Shown: one piece after another, positions 17,187-26,642 of the stretch
How positions within the stretch are numbered: position 1 is the stretch's first letter
How the letters are laid out: each line of letters begins with the position of its first letter
Source: an uncultured Spirochaetia bacterium
GTDB lineage: Bacteria; Spirochaetota; Spirochaetia; JABEVK01
Reading direction: 5' to 3'
DNA length: 64,000 nucleotides
Assembly: GCA_937960645.1 (NCBI GenBank)
Contig: CALGPJ010000012.1
Span: 2,702 to 66,701 of the forward strand
Translations under genes and position numbers: made by a program
The notes under the pieces: model-generated
The model's input: the letters and a program-made list of their open reading frames with translations, nothing else
What the model was told of the DNA's origin: nothing
Databases searched by the model: none

Positions 17187-18230
17187 ATGGCCTCTTTTCA
17201 TCGCACCGCCGACCACTTCCGCCACCTTCTGAGCCCTCAGGATCACACCCTGATCGAATCCATCCATGAAGATTACCGGCGACTCTTCGCGTTGTTTCAA
17301 CGCCATTCCCAGGGTGATACGTGCGAGAAAAAGCTGATCGAAGGTTTTGACGCTATCGGTGAAAAGATGAAATCTGCCCTGAGCCAGGAAGATCGGATCC
17401 ACGTCTACGGTTTTGAAACCCCTTCCCTGGTCCACGCCGAGGCCAGCCGCCTCATCGCCCGACTGCGAGACCGAGGCACCCAACGGCCGGAATTCGTCTA
17501 TCTCATCCAGCGTGCCTATGAGATGCTCTTTCATTTTGGCTACAACCTTCGTCAACGCCGGGAAAAAAACTACCTGCTTGTCGAAACCCCCGTCGAGAAT
17601 CCGGTGCGCAACTGGGCCGTCCACAAAATTTCCAACCTCGATGAAGAGCTGGAAAGGACAGCCGTTTGTGTGATGTTGCGCGGTGCCCTTCTTCCCAGCC
17701 TCATCATGAGCAAGGAAATCCAGGAGCACACCACGCGTCACTACATCACCCCCTTTGCCTTGTTCCGGGTAAAACGAAACGAGGAACGATCGGAGCGGGA
17801 TATGGAGTACATTTTGGACCTGGACCGGTCTTTCTTCGACATCGAGAACCTCCAGGGCAGGGACCTGATCTTCGCCGACCCGATGAATGCCACCGGCGGC
17901 AGTATGATCACGGTGGTAGAATACCTTAGAAGCCAGGGGGTGAAGTTCGGCAGGATCTTGAGCTTCCACGCCATCACCAGTTTCAAAGGGGCGCTTCAAA
18001 CCGTCCGCGGCATCCCGGAAGCGGAGCTCTATACCCTGTGGCTCGATCCCTACCTCAACGATGCGGCCTACATTCTTCCCGGACTGGGAGATGCGGGCGA
18101 CCGTTTGAACGGCCCCGATACCCGGGAATCGCCCCGTAACATTTTACAACTCCTGGCGGGTTTTGGTCCCGCTACCATGGACCTTTACCGCAACCAGGTT
18201 GCTGCTGTGGAGAGGGCCGTGCTCGGATGA
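17187..18230 (+). CDS. upp: uracil phosphoribosyltransferase-family protein with N- and C-terminal extensions
   Basis: PRPP loop LIFADPMNATGGSM and the UPRT signature YILPGLGDAGDRLNG. At 347 aa it is much longer than the roughly 210 aa of canonical Upp. Confidence 0.75.
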   Translation: MASFHRTADHFRHLLSPQDHTLIESIHEDYRRLFALFQRHSQGDTCEKKLIEGFDAIGEKMKSALSQEDRIHVYGFETPSLVHAEASRLIARLRDRGTQRPEFVYLIQRAYEMLFHFGYNLRQRREKNYLLVETPVENPVRNWAVHKISNLDEELERTAVCVMLRGALLPSLIMSKEIQEHTTRHYITPFALFRVKRNEERSERDMEYILDLDRSFFDIENLQGRDLIFADPMNATGGSMITVVEYLRSQGVKFGRILSFHAITSFKGALQTVRGIPEAELYTLWLDPYLNDAAYILPGLGDAGDRLNGPDTRESPRNILQLLAGFGPATMDLYRNQVAAVERAVLG

Positions 18231-19138
18231 GGAACGGACCGAATGGTTGGCAAAGTATCCTCCTCCTGCTCGCTGTTGTCTCTTGCCAGACCGCGCCGGA
18301 ATTGTCTCTGGCGGAAGATTATTTGACGTTGGGTACCGCGTATTACGATTTGAAAAATTGGTCCCAGGCAGAACGATTCCTCCTCAGGGCCGTCCAGCTC
18401 GATCCTGCCAACAAAGCGGCACGGTTCAACCTTGCCCTTACCCTGTTGCAACAGTCCCGACCTGAAGAGGCGATCGGGCATTTGAAAGATTTGCTGAGCG
18501 ACGACTCCGAAAACACGGTCCTCCTCAAGACCCTGGGGTATGCCTATTTCTGGAGCAAGAACTTCACCGAGGCGCGCAGTGTCTATCGAAAGGTGCTCGA
18601 CATCCTTGTCCAGGACCGCGATACCCAATTCAACCTCGGCCTCATCGCTTATGAACTCGGAGAATACAGCGAGGCCAGGCAGATTCTGGATACCTGGCTG
18701 AGCGAAGAAACCTCGCCGCCCGACTCGATCTGGCCCGTGCTCGAAGCCATCTCCCGAAAATTAAAGGACGATGCCGGTCTGGTGCGGGCCCTGGCAAAAA
18801 TCGTCGAAAAAAACAAGGGCGATCTGGTTCGTCTTGCGGAACTCGAGTCCTTGTACGCAAAGGCCGGCCGCTGGGAGGAACGCATCGCCGTTCTCACCCA
18901 ATTGGACAGCCAGCTGACCCTTCAGGGCAAAGCAGACCCCCAGCATCGGTGGAACATCGGCGAGACTTTTTTGTTGCAATTACGTCAACAGGACCCGGCC
19001 CTCGAGTGGTTCGGAAAGGCCATTCAGGCGGGGTTCAAGGATACGTCTCGGGCGGAAAACCTCCTGGCCCGTACCGAGGTACTCAATCCTGAGTTGATTC
19101 GCTCGTTTTTCATCGAAAAAAAATTGTTGGCGAGGTGA
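18227..19138 (+). CDS. TPR-repeat lipoprotein
   Basis: Lipobox LLAVVSC. TPR repeats include YLTLGTAYYDLKNWSQAERFLLRAVQLDP. The start overlaps the upp stop (ATGA). Confidence 0.7.
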   Translation: MRNGPNGWQSILLLLAVVSCQTAPELSLAEDYLTLGTAYYDLKNWSQAERFLLRAVQLDPANKAARFNLALTLLQQSRPEEAIGHLKDLLSDDSENTVLLKTLGYAYFWSKNFTEARSVYRKVLDILVQDRDTQFNLGLIAYELGEYSEARQILDTWLSEETSPPDSIWPVLEAISRKLKDDAGLVRALAKIVEKNKGDLVRLAELESLYAKAGRWEERIAVLTQLDSQLTLQGKADPQHRWNIGETFLLQLRQQDPALEWFGKAIQAGFKDTSRAENLLARTEVLNPELIRSFFIEKKLLAR

Positions 19139-19141
19139 CGC

Positions 19142-19918
19142 ATGGTCATGGGCATCCTGAACCTCACTCCGGATTCGTTCTATCCCGAAAGCCGGTACAA
19201 TCCCGATGAGGCCATCGAACAAGTGCGTCGATGGGAAAAACTCGGATGCAGCCTGGTGGATGTGGGCGGTGAAAGCAGCCGCCCCGGAGCCGAAGCGATC
19301 AGCGAAGAGGAGGAAATGCGGCGCGTCCTTCCCGTGGTCCGGGCCCTCCGACGGATATCCTCGATTCCCCTCAGCGTGGATACCACCAAGCCCAACGTCA
19401 TGCGCGCCTGTGCTCAGGAGGGGGCCGAGTGGCTGAACGACATCAGTGCCCTGGAATCTCCGGGAATGCTCGACGTGGCTCGGGAATTCTCCCTGACGGT
19501 GATTCTGATGCACAAAAAAGGCCAACCCAAGACCATGCAGGACCAACCCGAATATCGGGATGTGGTCACCGAAGTGAAAGACTACCTTGTGGAAAGGGCA
19601 CGGATCGCCGAGGAAGCGGGAATACGCCACGATAAAATCTGGATCGATCCGGGTATCGGTTTCGGCAAGAAGCTGGAACACAACCTCGCCCTTCTGCGTC
19701 ACCTGGGCGAATTTACCGCCCTCGGTTACCCAGTCGTCGTGGGCCTGAGCCGCAAACGATGGATCGCCGACCTCTGGGGTGACGGAGACAGACTGGGCGG
19801 CTCCCTTGCCGGCGCTCTTTTTTGTATGACCCAGGGAGTGCGCATGATCCGGGTCCACGATGTCCCGGAAACCCTTCAGGCACTCCGAATTTGGGAGGCG
19901 CTTTGGACCAAATCCTGA
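19142..19918 (+). CDS. folP: dihydropteroate synthase
   Basis: VMGILNLTPDSFY, DVGGESSRPGA, DPGIGFGK. Confidence 0.9.
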   Translation: MVMGILNLTPDSFYPESRYNPDEAIEQVRRWEKLGCSLVDVGGESSRPGAEAISEEEEMRRVLPVVRALRRISSIPLSVDTTKPNVMRACAQEGAEWLNDISALESPGMLDVAREFSLTVILMHKKGQPKTMQDQPEYRDVVTEVKDYLVERARIAEEAGIRHDKIWIDPGIGFGKKLEHNLALLRHLGEFTALGYPVVVGLSRKRWIADLWGDGDRLGGSLAGALFCMTQGVRMIRVHDVPETLQALRIWEALWTKS

Positions 19919-20697
19919 ACCATTGGCTTTTTCGGTATTGGATCATCCCTGCGCTGGACATCGGCATCTTGAGCTGGCTCATCTATTTGGCCTACCGCTC
20001 CTTTGCCCAATCCAAGACCGTCATCGTTCTGCGGGGCATGCTGGTCATCCTGGCGCTCTATTTTTTTGCGGCCGTGATGCGGTTGGAGACACTCACCTGG
20101 ATCATGGGCCTCCTTGCCCCGGGTCTCTTTGTGGGATTGGCCATCCTCCTTCAGTCCGACCTGCGAAGGATTTTCCAGCAGCTGGGTCAGGGCCTGGCGA
20201 TCACCTCCCCTTCCAAAGGAAAGCTGGTCCCCCTGGATGCGGTCATGTCAGCGGTGGAAAATCTTTCCGGCAGACATTTTGGCGCCCTCATCGTCTTCAC
20301 GCGCCGTGTTGGACTCAAGGACTCTTATAAGCAGGGGACGAGTTTGAATGCCGATTTGAGCTCGAGTTTGATCAACACGATCTTTTTCAAAGATTCGCCC
20401 CTGCACGACGGGGCCATTGTTATCAACGGGGATAAAATCGTCGCTGCCGGGGTGATTTTGCCAATGTCCGACCAACCCGACATCAAAAAGCAGTTCGGGA
20501 CGCGGCATCGGGCAGCGCTGGGCCTGGTCGAGGAAACGGATGCCGTCGTGGTGGTGGTCAGCGAGGAGAGTGGAGCCGTCAGCCTGGCTTACGAGGGAGC
20601 CTTACACTACAACCTCCCCATCGCGGAAGCCAAACGGCGTCTCGGTCTTCTCTTGCAGTATATGAGCGTCGAGGAGCTGGACGATGGCCTCATCTAA
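19903..20697 (+). CDS. cdaA: diadenylate cyclase CdaA (membrane-anchored DAC domain)
   Basis: Three N-terminal TM helices, then LHDGAIVINGDKIVAAG, GTRHRAALG and VVVVSEESGAVSLA. The start is uncertain: TTG 19903 has GGGAGG 4 nt upstream, while the ORF-track ATG 19822 would overlap folP by 97 nt. Confidence 0.85.
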   Translation: MDQILNHWLFRYWIIPALDIGILSWLIYLAYRSFAQSKTVIVLRGMLVILALYFFAAVMRLETLTWIMGLLAPGLFVGLAILLQSDLRRIFQQLGQGLAITSPSKGKLVPLDAVMSAVENLSGRHFGALIVFTRRVGLKDSYKQGTSLNADLSSSLINTIFFKDSPLHDGAIVINGDKIVAAGVILPMSDQPDIKKQFGTRHRAALGLVEETDAVVVVVSEESGAVSLAYEGALHYNLPIAEAKRRLGLLLQYMSVEELDDGLI

Positions 20698-21637
20698 ATG
20701 GCTACGCATCGACTGGAACAAAGTTTTTTTCGATTTTCCCGCAAAACTTCTCAGCATCGCCCTCGCTTTTGGTCTTTTTTTCTTCAATCGTCTGGAGAAT
20801 ATCGTACCCAAGACCCTGCTGGTACCCCTGTCTCTCAGTTTCCCCGAAAGACTGACGCCCTCGGAAAATTTTCCCCGCAGGGTACGTGTCCTGGTGCGCG
20901 GTCCCAGGGACCTTGTGGAACAGATTGGCGACACCGATTACGAGGCCATCGGGAGTGTGACCGAGGACCGCGGCGAAGGGATCTATATGGTTCCCTTGCG
21001 TCTGGTGAGTACCGGTGGCAAGGCTCCGCTTCAAGGAATCGAGGTCAACCTGGAAATCGATGAGCTGCGGCTCGAGTTGCAACAAAGCGTTACCAAGCTC
21101 CTGGATGTTCGTGTCCCCATCGTCGGTAACCCCGAAAATGGTTTTCAGCTCGAATCCATCATCACATCGCCACCCGCCATCACGGTCCGCGGCCCGCGCT
21201 CCAAACTGGAACCTCTGGCCCTCATTTATACCGAGAAACTGGAAGTCTCGACACGTACCGAAAGCTTCTCGGCCAGGCTCCAACTCAACACGCCTGACCC
21301 CTTGATCGAGCTGACGAGCGGCACCCTGATCGAGGTTCGTGTCCAAATCGTGCCCATCATCGATGAAAAAAGCATCGAAGAGCTGCCCGTCCTGTACACG
21401 AACCTTTCGCCTTCCCTCAAGATCGTCTCTGAACCCGTATTGGCGATGATCCGGATTTCCGGCCCCCAAACGCTCATCAACCTGACCGGAGCTCAAAACC
21501 TTTCGCCAACGGTTAATCTGGAAAACATCACGCTCCCCGGCACCTACGAGCTTCCCATCCGTTGGAACCTCGATCCCAGAATCCAGGTCTTGGAACAGTT
21601 CCCCTTGACGGTTAAAGTCGAGCTGGAGGGGCGATGA
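20684..21637 (+). CDS. cdaR: CdaR-like YbbR-domain protein
   Basis: N-terminal TM helix followed by repeated YbbR-like beta domains. It lies immediately after cdaA and overlaps it. Confidence 0.7.
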   Translation: MASSKWLRIDWNKVFFDFPAKLLSIALAFGLFFFNRLENIVPKTLLVPLSLSFPERLTPSENFPRRVRVLVRGPRDLVEQIGDTDYEAIGSVTEDRGEGIYMVPLRLVSTGGKAPLQGIEVNLEIDELRLELQQSVTKLLDVRVPIVGNPENGFQLESIITSPPAITVRGPRSKLEPLALIYTEKLEVSTRTESFSARLQLNTPDPLIELTSGTLIEVRVQIVPIIDEKSIEELPVLYTNLSPSLKIVSEPVLAMIRISGPQTLINLTGAQNLSPTVNLENITLPGTYELPIRWNLDPRIQVLEQFPLTVKVELEGR

Positions 21638-22020
21638 TTCTCGGCATCGGTATCGACATTGTCCGCGTGGAGCGGTTCCTGTCCTGGTTGGAAAACGATC
21701 GCCTGATGGAAAAATACTTCGGGCCTGAGGAAATCGAGTACGTCCGATCCCAGGGAAGGAGGGCCGCCGAAAGCCTTGCCGTTCGCTTTGCAGCCAAAGA
21801 GGCTTTGGGCAAGTCCCTGGGGTGCGGACTGGTGGGGTGGAACCTCCGGGAGGTACAAGTTCACCACGGAGAGGGTGGCGCCCCGTTTTTTCGTTTCCAG
21901 GGAGCCGCCGCCGAAAACCTGGGAGACCCGGATAAAAACGGCCGATACCATTTAAGCCTTTCTCATGACAATTTTGTTGCGGTCGCTGTGGTGATCAGGG
22001 AGATCGACCATGTCCGATGA
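21634..22020 (+). CDS. acpS: holo-[acyl-carrier-protein] synthase
   Basis: MILGIGIDIVRVERF ... FAAKEALGK. Confidence 0.9.
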   Translation: MILGIGIDIVRVERFLSWLENDRLMEKYFGPEEIEYVRSQGRRAAESLAVRFAAKEALGKSLGCGLVGWNLREVQVHHGEGGAPFFRFQGAAAENLGDPDKNGRYHLSLSHDNFVAVAVVIREIDHVR

Positions 22021-22882
22021 TTTGATGAAAGAAGATTCCGGCGGCGGAACCCGGATCAGCTTTTTCGAAAAAAAGGAAAGTGCCTGTCCCATTTGTGAGC
22101 ATCAATTCAAAATCGAGCGATTCATGACGGGCGGGGGCAGAATGAACGCCGGTCAATTGCACCAGGATTTAAGACGGGAGTGGCTGCCTTCCAAAAAGTT
22201 CGGGGAGGTTTTTCCTCTTATTTACGACGTCATTGTTTGCCCAAACTGTTGGTATTCCGCCCTGGCCGTAGAGTTCCTCAAACCGGATCCCAAGGCCGTG
22301 CCGAAACTCAACGAAAACCGGGACGACCGCAAGGCCTTTGTTGCCGATGTGTTCCCCGACCTGGATTTCACCCTGCCCCGGGGGCTCAAAGAGGGGGCGG
22401 CGGCCTACCTTCTGGCCCTTCATTCCTATCAAAGCTGGGGGCCGAACTTCGCTCCCAGTCTCAAGAGCGCCATTTGCAGTCTGCGTGCCTCCTGGATTTT
22501 TCACGATTTATACAAAAAGTTTCCCCAGGAAAACTACGATTACCTGTCCCTAATCATGAAACACAAGGCCCGGTTTTATTACAATCGAATTGTCGAACGT
22601 GAGACCAGCGGGAAGGAAAGTGTGGGCTCGGTGACGCACTTCGGTCCGGACATCGACTTTAATTGGGGATACGACGGCGTATTGTACCTGACAGGTTATC
22701 TGGAATACATCTTGGGGGACGCCAGCAACGAAGCCGAACGACACAAAAAGTTGGAACGGGCCCGGATGGTGATCGCCCGCCTGGTGGGGCTGGGCAAGAG
22801 CTCCAAGTCCAAGCCCTCCGCCATGCTGGAAATGGCCAAGGAGCTCTACCATCAAATGGGCGGCGAGCTCAAAGGAAGCTAG
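22010..22882 (+). CDS. DUF2225-like zinc-ribbon/helical-repeat protein
   Basis: CPICEHQF ... VIVCPNCWYSA zinc-ribbon pair followed by a helical region, as in the DUF2225 family (recalled). Confidence 0.6.
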   Translation: MSDDLMKEDSGGGTRISFFEKKESACPICEHQFKIERFMTGGGRMNAGQLHQDLRREWLPSKKFGEVFPLIYDVIVCPNCWYSALAVEFLKPDPKAVPKLNENRDDRKAFVADVFPDLDFTLPRGLKEGAAAYLLALHSYQSWGPNFAPSLKSAICSLRASWIFHDLYKKFPQENYDYLSLIMKHKARFYYNRIVERETSGKESVGSVTHFGPDIDFNWGYDGVLYLTGYLEYILGDASNEAERHKKLERARMVIARLVGLGKSSKSKPSAMLEMAKELYHQMGGELKGS

Positions 22883-22883
22883 G

Positions 22884-23642
22884 ATGATCGTTCGCCTGGA
22901 TCTTTCCTACGATGGCTGCGATTTCAACGGCTGGCAATCGCAGCAGGGGCAAAATACCGTTCAGAAAACCCTGGAACGAGCCCTGGAAAGGATCTACAAA
23001 AAACGGCTCCGGCTTTATGCCGCCGGAAGGACCGATACCGGGGTCCACGCCCGGCACCAGTGCTGTGCCTTTTGGGTCGAAAACTCTCCCCCACCCGAAA
23101 TCCTGCAGAGAGCCCTGCGGGCGTTCTTGCCCCCGTCGCTCCATGTCTGGAGGGTCGGATTTGCCCAGGAAAACTTCCACCCCAGGAAAAGCGCCCTGGC
23201 CCGGTGCTACGAGTACCACGTCGATCCCCGTCCGAGATGCGAACCGTGGAGGGTTCGGTATGTGTGGCCCTACCACCGCCGTGTCGACTTCGAAAAACTG
23301 GGAATCATGGCCGCCCTGATCCTGGGAGAGCACGACTTCAGCGGCTTCTGTGCCGCCCAGGACCCATCCCCCAGCAAAAGCCGGCTCGTGACGCAGAGTC
23401 ATTGGCGCCTGGAGGCGGGACGAATGATCTATCGAGTCACGGCCAACGCGTTTTTGTGGCGGATGGTGAGGCGCCTCGTGGGCGCCATGATCCGCCTCAG
23501 CGGTCGAAAAGACGGCCCGGATCGATTCTCCCTCTTGTTGAATCGACCGCAACTTTACAGGGATCCCCTCCCTGCCCCTGCGCCAGCCTCGGGACTTTAT
23601 CTCTACAAGGTGGTTTACGATGCCCACGACTTCCCTCATTAA
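22884..23642 (+). CDS. truA: tRNA pseudouridine(38-40) synthase
   Basis: LSYDGCDFNGWQSQ ... AAGRTDTGVHA. Confidence 0.9.
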   Translation: MIVRLDLSYDGCDFNGWQSQQGQNTVQKTLERALERIYKKRLRLYAAGRTDTGVHARHQCCAFWVENSPPPEILQRALRAFLPPSLHVWRVGFAQENFHPRKSALARCYEYHVDPRPRCEPWRVRYVWPYHRRVDFEKLGIMAALILGEHDFSGFCAAQDPSPSKSRLVTQSHWRLEAGRMIYRVTANAFLWRMVRRLVGAMIRLSGRKDGPDRFSLLLNRPQLYRDPLPAPAPASGLYLYKVVYDAHDFPH

Positions 23643-24192
23643 AAAACTTCTGGAACTGGCTACCGACGCCCAGGTCCGCTTGAAAGGTGGTTGGCCGATT
23701 TTCGATCTGGCGCCCGTCAACATCGCCGTTAAAGAAGACTCACCGCAGGACCCGGGACTTCCTGCCCTGCTCAAAGATTACGGTAAGGAATACCTGGGAA
23801 CGAGCAGCCCGCGATTGGTCATCTGCTGTACTCCCGTCCCGAGGGGGGAGGAGCTCGAATATCTAAAAAAATGGTTGGGGGCCATTCAACTGGATTTGGA
23901 ACGGGATTGCTTTTTGGTCGGCGGTCCCGATTCCGCCGATGAACTGGGCGACCTCCGCACCCTGATCGATCACCTCAAACCCAAGAGCCTGCTGGTCCTG
24001 GGGTCCGGGGCCAGCTCGGTGATCGTGGGCAGCAGGGTGCGAATCGAGGCCCTCCGGGACCAGGTTCGCGAGTTCGGAAAGATACCCATGGTCATCACCT
24101 ACGACCCGGCATCCGTGCTTGCCGACCCCAATCTTAAACGCCCGGTCTGGAAGGACCTCCAGCGAGTCGAGGGACTGATCCGATATGGATGA
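23620..24192 (+). CDS. uracil-DNA-glycosylase-fold protein (family-4-like, catalytic motifs degenerate)
   Basis: The C-terminal ITYDPASVLADPNLKRPVWKDL matches the HPS..LLR.P..K..AW.DL motif B, but with Asp in place of His. The GEAPG motif A position reads CCTPV. Confidence 0.5.
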   Translation: MPTTSLIKKLLELATDAQVRLKGGWPIFDLAPVNIAVKEDSPQDPGLPALLKDYGKEYLGTSSPRLVICCTPVPRGEELEYLKKWLGAIQLDLERDCFLVGGPDSADELGDLRTLIDHLKPKSLLVLGSGASSVIVGSRVRIEALRDQVREFGKIPMVITYDPASVLADPNLKRPVWKDLQRVEGLIRYG

Positions 24193-26125
24193 GCCGCAGG
24201 CGGTCGAAGTTGCTTTTCCCATTCCCGAGGACCGCCTCTTCACCTACCTCAGCCACCGGCGGCTGGAAGTGGGCGTGCGGGTTTTGGCTCGGCTCAAAAA
24301 CCGTAAGGTCAAGGGGATCGTGGTCAACACGGAGGCGCGGCCCCCCGAGGGAATCGAGCTCAAACCCGTAGAGAGGGCACTCGACGAAGAACCCCTGACC
24401 GGGCCTTACACCCTAAAACTTGGCTACTGGATCGCTCAGCAAACCCTGTGTTCGCTGGGTGAAGCTCTCTCGGCCATGCTCCCCTCGGCGATGCGGGAGA
24501 AGGAGCTCCCCCTCCTCGAGGACAGCCAGGAATTCCATCGGATCGAAAACCTCAGCGAGGAGCAAACCCAGGCGGTCCGAATGATCGTGGAATCACCGAC
24601 CGGCTGGTTTTACCTGCAAGGCCCCACAGGAAGCGGCAAAACCGAGGTCTACTTGCAGGCGGCTCGGCATGTCATCGACACCGGGAAAAGGGTTTTGTAC
24701 CTGGTACCGGAAATCAGCCTGACCTTTCAGCTCATCGACCAGACCCGGAAAAGATTCAAACGGGTGGCTGTGCTTCACTCGGCCCTCAGTCCCTCGCAGC
24801 GCCTCAGGGAATGGGAACGGATCCGAAAGGGGGAAGTCGATCTGGTCCTGGGGGCCAGAAGCGCCGTCTTTGCGCCCATGGACAACATCGGACTCATCGT
24901 CGTGGATGAAGAACAGGAAATGAGTTACAAGAGCCAGGCCGTGCCACGCTATCATGCCCGCAGCGTGGCCATGATCCTGTCGAAATGGCAGGGCGCACGG
25001 CTGGTGATGGGCAGCGCCACCCCCAGTCTGGAGGCCCTCCATGCCATCGAGGAAGGGCTTTTCGTTAGGTTGCGCCTCAGCCGTCGTCTGGCCGGGGGGG
25101 CACAGCCCCAGGTGCACCTCCTGGATACCCGGCAACTCAACGAAATTTTCAGTCCCGAACTCGCCCAGGCCATATTGGATACCCACACCGAAGGCCTTCA
25201 GAGCGTCATCGTTCTGAACCGTCGGGGCTACACCAACCTTTACCATTGTCGTCACTGCCATTACGAAATGCAGTGCCCGCACTGCTCGGTGCCCGTCACC
25301 TACCACAAATCGCGGGACCTGGTGATCTGCCACCACTGCGGCTATTCGGGTAAATCGCCCCCGAAATGCCCCAATTGCGGTTCCTCCGAGGTTGGCTGGG
25401 CAGGATACGGCACGGAGCTGGTGGAACAGGAGCTCCGGCGGCTTTTCCCCCAGCTGCGTTTGGCCCGACTGGACTCGGACACGGTGGCCGACCGCAAACA
25501 GGCTGCAGGGATCATCAAGGGCTTCGCTGGCGGCGACATCGACCTTTTGGTGGGGACCCAAATGATCGCCAAAGGACTCAATTTCCCCCGTCTCAAAACC
25601 GTGGGCATCCTGAATGCGGATATCGGCCTGAGCATCCCGGACTTTCGTTCTGCCGAGAGGGTGTATTCCCTGATTCGGCAGACCGCCGGCAGGGCTGGCC
25701 GGTATCGACCCGATGGACAGGTCTATATCCAAACCTACCGGCCTGACTATTGGGTCATGCAGGCGGCAGCCCAGGCAAGAGATGAGGAATTTCAAAAGCG
25801 GGAACTGGAACTCCGAAAAACCACACGCCTGCCGCCCTACACACGCTTGCTTCGCGTGGTGCTCCGTCACCGAGACGTTGGCAAGGTCAAGGCGGACGCC
25901 GCGGCTCTTTCGTTGTTTTTTGAACGATCGAAAACCGGTTCCCTCGAGATCATCGGCCCTGCTCCCTGCCCTCTGGAAAAACTCAACGACTGGTACCGCT
26001 ACCATGCCCTCGTTTGTGGTCCGCATGTCCACGAACTGAGGGAGATCGGTCACCGAATGAGGTCCTGGAAAAGCCCCTCCCGAAGCGTGGTGGAGCTGGA
26101 CATGGATCCCTACCACCTTCGTTGA
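24185..26125 (+). CDS. priA: primosomal protein N-prime (replication restart helicase PriA)
   Basis: GPTGSGKTEVYL, VVDEEQE, and zinc-finger cysteines CRHCHYEMQCPHC...CHHCGY...CPNCGS. Confidence 0.9.
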   Translation: MDEPQAVEVAFPIPEDRLFTYLSHRRLEVGVRVLARLKNRKVKGIVVNTEARPPEGIELKPVERALDEEPLTGPYTLKLGYWIAQQTLCSLGEALSAMLPSAMREKELPLLEDSQEFHRIENLSEEQTQAVRMIVESPTGWFYLQGPTGSGKTEVYLQAARHVIDTGKRVLYLVPEISLTFQLIDQTRKRFKRVAVLHSALSPSQRLREWERIRKGEVDLVLGARSAVFAPMDNIGLIVVDEEQEMSYKSQAVPRYHARSVAMILSKWQGARLVMGSATPSLEALHAIEEGLFVRLRLSRRLAGGAQPQVHLLDTRQLNEIFSPELAQAILDTHTEGLQSVIVLNRRGYTNLYHCRHCHYEMQCPHCSVPVTYHKSRDLVICHHCGYSGKSPPKCPNCGSSEVGWAGYGTELVEQELRRLFPQLRLARLDSDTVADRKQAAGIIKGFAGGDIDLLVGTQMIAKGLNFPRLKTVGILNADIGLSIPDFRSAERVYSLIRQTAGRAGRYRPDGQVYIQTYRPDYWVMQAAAQARDEEFQKRELELRKTTRLPPYTRLLRVVLRHRDVGKVKADAAALSLFFERSKTGSLEIIGPAPCPLEKLNDWYRYHALVCGPHVHELREIGHRMRSWKSPSRSVVELDMDPYHLR

Positions 26126-26156
26126 CCCCTGTCATCGCTTCGGCTAAATTGTATTA
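26122..26156 (+). promoter_or_regulatory. sigma-70-type promoter abutting the def ATG (predicted leaderless)
   Basis: TTGACC-N17-TAAATT-gtatta-ATG. There is no SD. Confidence 0.5.
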
Positions 26157-26642
26157 ATGGATCTGGTCTTCTATCCCCACGAGGTATTGCGGCAACGAGC
26201 AACGCCTGTCGAGTCCGTCACTCCGGAAATTCGGGACGCTCTTCAGGAAATGGTTCCCCTCATGGAACGCAGCCGCGGCGTGGGATTGGCGGCCCCGCAG
26301 GTCGGCCTGAGCCAACGTTTTTTCGTGGTCAAGCTTCAAGACGATCCTCTCTACTTCATCAACCCCGAACTGGTGGCGACCAGCCACGAAACCGGCGTGT
26401 ACGAGGAAGGCTGCCTCAGCCTTCCCGGCATCTGGGCCGAAGTTGTTCGCCCCCTTGCCGTGACCATCCAGGCAATCAACCTGAAGGGCCGTCCCTTCCA
26501 ACTCAAGGCCGACGGATTTTTGGCCAGGGTCATTCAGCATGAACTGGACCACCTCAACGGAGTGCTTTTTACCGACCGTCTCGACGAGCCCCTGCGGTCC
26601 CAGATCCTCGAGCTTTACATGAAAAAGCGTGCCACGTCCTGA
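26157..26642 (+). CDS. def: peptide deformylase
   Basis: GVGLAAPQVG, EGCLSLPG, HELDHLNG. Confidence 0.95.
   Translation: MDLVFYPHEVLRQRATPVESVTPEIRDALQEMVPLMERSRGVGLAAPQVGLSQRFFVVKLQDDPLYFINPELVATSHETGVYEEGCLSLPGIWAEVVRPLAVTIQAINLKGRPFQLKADGFLARVIQHELDHLNGVLFTDRLDEPLRSQILELYMKKRATS

Noticed and set aside
17127-17999. N-terminal 291 codons of ORF 16440..17999
   Set aside because: This part is antisense to the UPRT-family gene and has low-complexity, motif-free sequence. ATG 17126, preceded by TGgTATAAT, gives a compact 228-aa product.
24593-26116. 507-aa minus-strand ORF
   Set aside because: It is antisense to priA and has no motifs.
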